Origin: Dehalococcoidia bacterium
GTDB taxonomy: Bacteria > Chloroflexota > Dehalococcoidia > UBA2979
Assembly (NCBI GenBank): GCA_965220125.1
Contig: CBDCPB010000004.1
Span: 2,383,366 to 2,447,365 of the forward strand
Reading direction: 5' to 3'
DNA: 64,000 nt
Shown: piece after piece, positions 57,731 to 64,000 of the stretch
Numbering within the stretch: position 1 is the first letter of the stretch
Layout of the letters: every line of letters begins with the position of its first letter
Notes under the pieces: generated by a model
Database searches by the model: none
What the model was told of the DNA's origin: nothing
What the model saw: only the letters and a program-made list of their open reading frames with translations
Position numbers and translations under genes: made by a program

Positions 57731-58870
57731 CTAGTCGACCGCGGCCTTGCGCAGGGCGGCTTGGTCCAACTCCAGGCCCAGGCCGGGGCGGTCCGGCAGC
57801 CGGATCACGCCGCCCTCCGGGATGAGGGGCTCCTGGTAGATCTCGCCGACCACCTCGGCGAGGCCGGTGAACTCCTCCGAGAACTCGTGCGGCCGGACGG
57901 CGTTGGTGACCGTGCTGTAGGCGTGCAGGCTGGCCGCCGCGTTCGGCCCAATGTTCGGGCTGTGCGGCATGAGCACCTTGTTGTGCACCACGGCCAGCTC
58001 GAAGACGCGCAGCATCTCGGTCAGGCCGCCCACGATGATCACGTCGGGCTGCAGGATGTCGGGGTTGCCGATCTGGATCAGGTCGCGGAACCGCCAGGAC
58101 GAGGTCTCGCCCTCCCCGGTGGAGACGGCGCAGTCGAGCGCGTCGACGACCTGGCGCAGCCCCGGCAGGTCGTACTGCGGCAGCGGCTCCTCGAAGTGGG
58201 CGATGCCCAACTTCTCGAAGCGGCGCCCCTGCTCGATGGCGGTAGGCACGGAATAGCCGCAGTTGGCGTCGAAGCTCAGCGGCACATCGTCGGGCAGCCA
58301 CTCGCGGCAACGCTGGAAGATGGCGAAGTCCTTGGCCGGATCGCCGTCCTGCCGGTTGTCGCGCCAATCCATCCGGATCTTGAAGGCGCGGAAGCCCCGC
58401 TCGTATCCCTCCTGGACCTCCTCCAGCATTTCCTCCGGATTCTTGCGCCAGCCGTTGCCCCGGCTCCAGTAGAGGGGGATCTCGGTGCGGAGCGCGCCGC
58501 CCAGGAGCGCGTGCAACGGGAGCCCGGCGGCCTTGCCCACGATGTCCCAGCAGGCGACGTCGATGGGTCCGACGACCTGCGTCGGGAACCGGGTCCACAA
58601 GACAACGCCCAGGCGCAGCGCCTCCCAGATGCGGCGCGGGCGCAGCGGGTCCATGCCGACGATCAAGGGCTTGATCAGCTCGGCGAGGTAGGCACGGAAC
58701 ACCCCGGCGTTGCCCGTGCCCTCCGCGATCCCGGTCAGCCCCTCGTCGCTGTGGACCTGGACGATGAATCGGCCCGCCGGGGCGGGGCGCTCCCCGTCCG
58801 CGGGCGACGCTCGCAGTTCGGTGACCGTGACGTCTCTGATCTTCACCGTGTGTTCCCTCCCCTGTTCCGT
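57731..58870 (-). CDS. mandelate racemase / muconate lactonizing enzyme (enolase superfamily) protein
   Basis: Capping domain 'VKIRDVTVTEL...HSDEGLTGIAEG' and barrel with metal ligands ('FKIRMDW', 'LSFDANCGY', 'FEEP'). GTG start about 58870; the longer track ORF is an artefact. Confidence 0.8.
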   Translation of the reverse strand, partial: TEQGREHTVKIRDVTVTELRASPADGERPAPAGRFIVQVHSDEGLTGIAEGTGNAGVFRAYLAELIKPLIVGMDPLRPRRIWEALRLGVVLWTRFPTQVVGPIDVACWDIVGKAAGLPLHALLGGALRTEIPLYWSRGNGWRKNPEEMLEEVQEGYERGFRAFKIRMDWRDNRQDGDPAKDFAIFQRCREWLPDDVPLSFDANCGYSVPTAIEQGRRFEKLGIAHFEEPLPQYDLPGLRQVVDALDCAVSTGEGETSSWRFRDLIQIGNPDILQPDVIIVGGLTEMLRVFELAVVHNKVLMPHSPNIGPNAAASLHAYSTVTNAVRPHEFSEEFTGLAEVVGEIYQEPLIPEGGVIRLPDRPGLGLELDQAALRKAAVD

Positions 58871-59032
58871 GTTGAGGCGAGGCGCCTGCATGCACTTCGT
58901 CCGGCCGCCGGGCTCGTGCCCGAGGCCCGCGCGTCTACCCCCCGAAGACGGCGCGCACCGCGCAGGAGAAGCCGGGGAGCACGTCCAGGCCGTCGAGGAA
59001 GTCGTCCTCGACGAGCGTCGCGGCATTGCACT

Positions 59033-59398
59033 GCTCCAGCGTCTACGTGAGCACCAGGTGGTCGTCCAGCTCTGGCCTCTGCATCTCGTACTGCAGCGCG
59101 ATCTCCATCGCCTCTTCCCTCCGCTGGTCGGGTCTCTCCGGGCTCCACGCTACCGCCCCCCCTCCGCGCCCGGTTTCGCACTACGGAACGGTGTCCCGAC
59201 TCGCAGCGTACCCAGCCCGGAGTGCGCAGATCCCCGGCCACGATTCACACTGTGAGACGACGGGAATGCGCACGGCCCACCCGGACCAATAGGCTTACGC
59301 TCATGCCGTTCGAGCGGCGCCTTCGGTCGCTTCGACCGTGAGAGCTGGCGCGAGGCGGCGCTGGACGAAGGAACGGGCCGTGTCGCTCTACGCCCCGC
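59033..59398. repeat. ~365-bp direct repeat, copy 2 (see 56071-56432); carries a stop-truncated LLM start (MEIALQYEMQRPELDDHLVLT*)
   Basis: As for copy 1; a single c>a change creates the TAG stop. Confidence 0.7.
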
Positions 59399-61017
59399 CG
59401 ACCACCGCCCCGCCGCACGAGGCGCTCGCGGCCGGCGCCGCCTCGCCGGAGCGTCGGCTCCGGGTCGGCAGCCGCTCGTATCCGGTGGTGCTCCCGAGCA
59501 TCCGGGACGCGAGGCTCCACCTCGCGGCGGTGATCATCACGATCCACGTGCTCGGCCAGGTCGCGCTCGACTTCGCCGTGTCGGCGCCGCAGATCCTCGT
59601 GGCGATCCTGGTCAGCGCGCTGATCGAGGTGGTCTGGATCTTCGTTCGCGAACAGCGGCTGGTCTGGCCGGCGAGCGCCATGCTGACCGGGAGCGGCATC
59701 GCCCTGATCTTCCGCGTGATCGGCACCGAGCACGGCGACTACTGGGCGACGGGCGACGTGGCGCTGTTCGCCGCGGTCAGCGCCGGCGCCATGCTCTCGA
59801 AGTACGCGATCCGCTATGGCGGAACCCACCTGCTCAACCCGTCCAACGTGGCGCTCGTCGCGGCGTTCGTACTGCTCGGCAGCAACCGGGTCGAACCGCT
59901 CGACTTCTGGTGGGCGCCGCTGTCGCCGTGGATGGCGTTGGCCTACGGCGTGATCTTGATCGGCGGTGTGCTCATCACCTCGCGCCTGGCGCTGCTGGCC
60001 ATGGGCGCGGCGTTCTGGCTGGCGCTGGCGGCGGGCCTGGGGGTCCTGGCCGCGTCCGGGCACTGCATGACGGCGCGCTGGTCGGTCGATCCGGTCTGCG
60101 ACGGCGACTTCTGGTGGGTCGTGGTCAGCTCACCCGAGACGCTCATCTTCCTGTTCTTCATGATCACCGACCCGCGGACGATCCCCGTTGCACCGAGGTC
60201 TCGGGTGGCGTTCGCGGTGGGCGTGGCGCTCGTGTCGACCCTGCTGATCGCGCCGGCGACCGACGAGTTCGGCGCCAAGGTCGGCCTGCTCGCCGGCCTG
60301 GTCCTGCTGTGCGCGCTGCGACCCGCCTTCGATCGGTTCGGCCCGCCTGTCGCCGCGGACGCCGAAGCCGCGCCGCCCGTCCCCGAGGCGAGGGCGCCTC
60401 GTCACCGATCGCGCGCGTTCCTGCTGCTGGCGGCGCCGGCCGTGGCGCTGGCGGCGGGCGCGATCGTCCTCGCCGGCTCCCCGGCGCGCAGCGCGGTGGA
60501 CGTGCCGGGCGAGGGCGAGATCATGGATCTGGCCGAGCTGCCGGCAATCGAGCCGTTCACCATGCCCTCGCCAACCCTCGGTGATGGCCAGGTCATTCTC
60601 GGCAACCCGACCCAGGCCGAGGCCGATGCGATCGCCGCCGTGCTCGGCCAGAACCTGGCCATCGAGTCGGAGGCCCTGCGACGCGGCGAGGCGGGCTGGC
60701 TCAGCGCGGTCAACCACGGCAACCGGCTGTTCCGACTGCTGGATGTGGTCGCCGCCGGGCAGGACGGGACCGAGGTGCGCGTGGCGACGTATCACGTGGA
60801 CGAACTGGAGTTGATCGCGGTCTGGCTGGGCAACATGCAGACCACGGCCAGCCACGGGTTCAAGGCGATCGGCACGGTCGAGTACGAGTTCGTCGACTAC
60901 CGAACCGGGGCGGTCCGTGACGGGGGCTCGCACGAGCTGGCGGTCACCTTCGCCATGGGGCGTTCCTGGGAAGGGCGCTGGTTCGTGCTCGACACTCCGT
61001 CGACCGACGGCGACTGA
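59380..61017 (+). CDS. RnfD/NqrB-family integral membrane protein homolog with a ~190-aa C-terminal extramembrane domain
   Basis: Multi-TM N-terminal half with 'YAIRYGGTHLLNPSNVALVAAFVLLG' (cf. RnfD 'QLYGG.GQNPFNPAMVGY') and 'FFMITDPRT' (cf. NqrB/RnfD 'FFMATDPVT' FMN-threonine region). GTG 59380 with AAGGAA RBS lies inside repeat copy 2. Confidence 0.5.
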   Translation: MSLYAPPTTAPPHEALAAGAASPERRLRVGSRSYPVVLPSIRDARLHLAAVIITIHVLGQVALDFAVSAPQILVAILVSALIEVVWIFVREQRLVWPASAMLTGSGIALIFRVIGTEHGDYWATGDVALFAAVSAGAMLSKYAIRYGGTHLLNPSNVALVAAFVLLGSNRVEPLDFWWAPLSPWMALAYGVILIGGVLITSRLALLAMGAAFWLALAAGLGVLAASGHCMTARWSVDPVCDGDFWWVVVSSPETLIFLFFMITDPRTIPVAPRSRVAFAVGVALVSTLLIAPATDEFGAKVGLLAGLVLLCALRPAFDRFGPPVAADAEAAPPVPEARAPRHRSRAFLLLAAPAVALAAGAIVLAGSPARSAVDVPGEGEIMDLAELPAIEPFTMPSPTLGDGQVILGNPTQAEADAIAAVLGQNLAIESEALRRGEAGWLSAVNHGNRLFRLLDVVAAGQDGTEVRVATYHVDELELIAVWLGNMQTTASHGFKAIGTVEYEFVDYRTGAVRDGGSHELAVTFAMGRSWEGRWFVLDTPSTDGD

Positions 61018-61036
61018 CCCGCGCACGCCGGGCAGG

Positions 61037-61071
61037 TTGAACGAGGCCCGGGCAGGCTGGGCCTCGTTCAA
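61037..61071 (+). terminator. perfect 13-bp-stem hairpin (candidate intrinsic terminator) after the RnfD-like gene; second 10-bp-stem hairpin at 61110-61140
   Basis: 'ttgaacgaggccc-gggcaggct-gggcctcgttcaa', 20 nt after the stop at 61017; no U-tract, which is common in high-GC genomes. Confidence 0.45.
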
Positions 61072-61305
61072 CGGAGGGAGGGGGCCGTCTGGCGACTCTG
61101 CCCGAAGCGCTGCGTGCGGACCGCTACCTCCGCACGCAGCTGACGTTCGGCAGGCACGCCGACAGCTCCGGAGGACCGAGCATGGGTGATGGGGTGACGG
61201 CGTCGTTTCGCATTACGAGATGCCGCGAGTTTCTTGTCGGGCGCCTCGGTCGCGTCGCCGCTGCGCATTGCGGCCGGCGCCACAAGCGCAAGGGGAGTGT
61301 CCGGT

Positions 61306-61864
61306 CTAGCGGGTTTGCTCGTGGCGCTGTTTGCGCAACTTCGCCTCCGTCCGCAGCTGATGCTGCGCGGCGGCGTCCTTGCGTTCGGTATCAGCCGCGA
61401 TGCGCCTCGTGACGCGCGCGTCTCGTTGCGACGCGGCGGGCGCGCGCAGGCGGCGCAGGAACTCGCGCCGTTCCCCCTCGACCTCCGTCCGCTCGACGAT
61501 CCCGCCGCGCTCGAGGTCGGCGTTGCGCTGCAGCTCGCGCTTGTGCGCGTACTGCTCGGCCTCCTCGACGCTCGGGGCCCGGGTCGGCTGCGGCTTCGTG
61601 ACCTCCGGGTGCTGCAAGGGGCTGCCGGTGCCGCCGGTGTACGGCTTTGACACCTCGTGGCCCAGGTGCCGGAACTTGCCGTTGTCCGGCAGCAGGCGAG
61701 GGTTGCCATCGCGGTACGTGTAGGCGTTCCAGCGTGTGGGGACCGTCGGACCCGCTTCGGCGTCGCACTCGGGACAGGGCTGACTGCGCCCGGCGTCCCG
61801 CATGGGCCGCAGCAGCTCGAAGCCGGACCCGCACTCGGCACATGCGTACTCGTAGATTGGCACG
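61306..61864 (-). CDS. FmdB-family zinc-ribbon protein with C-terminal charged extension
   Basis: 'VPIYEYACAECGSGFELL....CPECDAEAGPTV' is the FmdB CxxC...CxxC zinc ribbon. GTG 61864 with GGAGG RBS preferred over the longer ORF start. Confidence 0.7.
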
Positions 61865-61971
61865 TCGACACCTCCGGGAGGCTGAGCATATGTGGCCAGG
61901 AGCGCGGGTCGTTTCACATTGCGAGACCCGCGCGGGAGCGGGGCCGGACCGCGCATGACGCGGGGTTTGCC

Positions 61972-63657
61972 CTATGCCCGGATTCGTACCCGAGTCGTGT
62001 GGTGTCCGGTCGCGCCGTCGGGGAAGGGCGGGGCCTCCTCGGCCGTCTGCACCATGCCGCTGCGATCGATTGCGCGCACCTCGAGGTCGAAGACGCCCTC
62101 GCTGGCGACCCAGTCGGCCACCCACTGGCGCCAGCTGCTATCGGACAGCTCCTCGCCAAGTTCGGCGTCGGTCCATGCGCCTTCCGAACGCTCCCCGCCC
62201 GTAGACCGCCGGCTCACCCGCACCTGAACGCCGCTGACGCCGCTCAGCCCGCCCCAGGCGACGCCCGCGATGCGCATCTTGCCGGGCGCGAGCGATTGTC
62301 CGCCGCGCGGTACGTCGATGCGCGACTGCAGCTTGATCGGAGCCTGCTGGGCCCAGCCCCGGTACACCCAGTAGGAGTCGAAGCTGTCGAGCCTCGAAAG
62401 CTCGATTTCGCCGAGCCACTTCGTGGCGGAGACGTAGCCGTAGAGCCCGGGGACGATCAGGCGGGCGGGGAACCCGTGGTCGGCGGGCAGCGGCTCGCCG
62501 TTCATGCCGAACACCACCAGCGATTCACGCCCATCGAGCGCGACGTCCGTCGGGAAGCCGACGGTGAACCCATCGACGGAGCGCCCGATCACCTGCGTCG
62601 CATCGGCCTGGACGCCCGCCCCGTGCAGCAGTGCCGGCAGCGGGACACCGAGCCAGTAGGCGGTCCCGACGAGCTCCCCACCGACTTCGTTCGAGACACA
62701 GGCGAGGGTGCTCACCTCTTCGCGCAGGTCCATCGCGAGCAGCTCGTCGAACGTGAACTCGGCCGGCCGCTCGACCATCCCGGTGATCCGGAGCCGCCAC
62801 TGCGCGCTGTCGATGCGGGGGACCGAGAGCGCGGTGTCGATGCGGTAGAACTCGCTGTTCGGGGTGACGAGCGGCGAGATGCCGGGGACCGAGGCTGGGC
62901 CGCCCTGGACGACCGGCGAGGGCTCGGGCGTCGGCGTTTGCGACGGCGGCGTGGGGGCGCCCGGCGGGGGCTGCGGCGTCGCCTCCGCCGACGCCGGCGT
63001 GGGGGTACTCGGCACCGGCGCGGGGGTGCTCGGCGGCGGCAGCACGATTGCCGCGCGCTGCGCGTCGACATCGCCCGCCGGTTCGATCAGGCGCCGCCCC
63101 AGGGGCACGGAGAGGGCCGCCGCCGCCAGCCCGCCGCCGGCGAACTGCAGGAAGCGCCTGCGCCCCGGGCGCTTCACACGAGGATCAGGAGGCGCGGCGG
63201 GGGCGTCGGCGCCGCCCTCGTTCGCCATCCGCAACAGCCAGAGCAGCGTCGCGATGCCGGCGCCGCCGGCGGCCGCCGCGGTGGTCCAGGCCTGCGCGGG
63301 CGAGGTGAACGGATCGCGCGCCCCCGCGAGGCCGCCGGCGAGGGCGAAGGCCGCCATGGCGCCAACGCCGATCGCGCGGTAGCGCATCGCGAGCGGACCC
63401 AGCAGGGCGCCCAGCAACAGCGAGAGGGCGACGACGCCGCTGAGCAGCGCGGGCTTGTTGTTCGTGCCGAAGGTTTCGATCGCCACGCCGGAGACGGCGC
63501 GCGGGGAACTGTCGACGACCACGTCGCCGATCGCTCGCACCAGCGACTCGCCCTCGAGGAGCCGCGCGACGAACTCGCCGACGGCCAGCGCCAGCGCCGC
63601 GGCCACGAGTCCCGCGGCCGCTCCCGGCCACCACGCGCGAACTCGCGGCATTGCCAT
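61972..63657 (-). CDS. membrane-anchored molybdopterin-dependent oxidoreductase (sulfite-oxidase/MsrP-YedY family)
   Basis: N-terminal multi-TM region, Pro/Thr linker, then a Moco-binding domain ('EFYRIDTAL', 'LACVSNEVGG', 'GFPARLIVPGLYGYVSATKWLGEIEL') and an immunoglobulin-like dimerisation domain. Confidence 0.8.
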   Translation of the reverse strand: MAMPRVRAWWPGAAAGLVAAALALAVGEFVARLLEGESLVRAIGDVVVDSSPRAVSGVAIETFGTNNKPALLSGVVALSLLLGALLGPLAMRYRAIGVGAMAAFALAGGLAGARDPFTSPAQAWTTAAAAGGAGIATLLWLLRMANEGGADAPAAPPDPRVKRPGRRRFLQFAGGGLAAAALSVPLGRRLIEPAGDVDAQRAAIVLPPPSTPAPVPSTPTPASAEATPQPPPGAPTPPSQTPTPEPSPVVQGGPASVPGISPLVTPNSEFYRIDTALSVPRIDSAQWRLRITGMVERPAEFTFDELLAMDLREEVSTLACVSNEVGGELVGTAYWLGVPLPALLHGAGVQADATQVIGRSVDGFTVGFPTDVALDGRESLVVFGMNGEPLPADHGFPARLIVPGLYGYVSATKWLGEIELSRLDSFDSYWVYRGWAQQAPIKLQSRIDVPRGGQSLAPGKMRIAGVAWGGLSGVSGVQVRVSRRSTGGERSEGAWTDAELGEELSDSSWRQWVADWVASEGVFDLEVRAIDRSGMVQTAEEAPPFPDGATGHHTTRVRIRA

Positions 63658-63787
63658 GGCCCTATCTTCGATTTCCCGCGGCCTTGCGAAACGCCGCGTC
63701 GAGCGGGGCCGGCCCCCGCTCCCTCACCCTAACCCTCCGCCTCGGGGCGAGGGAACCGGAGCCCCCCTTTGCCCAAACTGGCCATCT

Positions 63788-63816
63788 CACAATGCGCAAC
63801 ACGAAGGCGCATTGTG
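63788..63816. promoter_or_regulatory. perfect 10-bp inverted repeat 'cacaatgcgc-N9-gcgcattgtg' in the divergent promoter region (candidate IclR-type operator)
   Basis: Lies between the minus-strand Moco oxidoreductase start (63657) and the plus-strand IclR-like gene start (63937). Confidence 0.4.
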
Positions 63817-63936
63817 CAACTAAAGTGCACGCCACGCTTGCTATAGTCCCGCACTACGCAGGTCCCAGCGGGTCGGGTGTCCGCGGTGCCGTGCCGACCG
63901 GATCTCGCCCGCTTCGACGCAGGAGGGGACGACCCG

Positions 63937-64000
63937 TGCACCGCACCGCTCGCGTGCAGTCGCTCGACCGCGGACTCGCGATCATCGAGGCGCTCGCCCG
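63937..64000 (+). CDS. IclR-family transcriptional regulator, N-terminal fragment (runs off the window)
   Basis: 'VQSLDRGLAIIEALA' is the canonical IclR N-terminal HTH lead-in; GTG start with GGAGGGG RBS. Confidence 0.5.

Overview
This 64 kb window is very GC-rich (about 70% GC) and probably comes from a Chloroflexota/Thermomicrobia-like or actinobacterial chromosome; that taxonomic guess is an inference. The GC level makes the six-frame track full of long spurious antisense ORFs, so calls below rest on protein-family recognition, start/RBS context and gene-to-gene coupling rather than ORF length.

Content from left to right:
- 57-12900: a catabolic cluster with four CaiB/BaiF-type CoA-transferases (5063-6439, 11650-12882, 17629-18969, 18969-20273), an acyl-CoA dehydrogenase, an SDR, a MmsB-like dehydrogenase, a PEP-mutase/isocitrate-lyase-family lyase next to a PrpF-family isomerase, and a triple-SnoaL protein.
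- 12896-16799: two tandem paralogous CapA-family lipoproteins.
- Three toxin-antitoxin modules: hicAB (7829-8432), vapBC (16892-17571) and a degenerate DUF497/BrnT-like pair (25218-25852).
- 20295-21896: a low-GC 533-aa orphan gene of unknown function.
- 21975-25228: housekeeping genes on the minus strand (F420/flavin LLM oxidoreductase, pyrE, lepB, class II aldolase).
- 25853-28542: ECF sigma factor, anti-sigma factor and a SIMPL lipoprotein.
- 28612-32107: riboflavin operon ribD-ribE-ribBA-ribH.
- 36799-46110: tetrapyrrole cluster (sirC, hemA, hemC, cobA-hemD fusion, hemB, hemL) with a low-GC PD-(D/E)XK/DUF4268-like nuclease gene wedged between cobA-hemD and hemB.
- 46231-52228: a secreted 823-aa RCC1-repeat protein, then a vWA-domain gene split by an insertion sequence.
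- 52372-53508: dnaN.

Mobile and repeated DNA is prominent:
- An IS110-group element (33465-34950) sits inside a cluster of nested GC-rich palindromic REP-like repeats, with a duplicated CT core and a 241-nt non-coding left end. I propose this left end encodes a bridge RNA.
- An IS1111-like element (50103-51646) with 10-bp terminal inverted repeats splits the vWA gene.
- An ISNCY-like element (53543-55185) has roughly 55-bp terminal inverted repeats and a 7-bp target-site duplication.
- An IS481 element (56695-57729) has 27-bp terminal inverted repeats and a 6-bp target-site duplication.
- There are two segmental duplications: about 365 bp flanking IS481 plus an enolase-superfamily gene, and about 300 bp carrying the hemL 3' end plus a shared promoter and signal peptide.

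No rRNA, tRNA or CRISPR was found.
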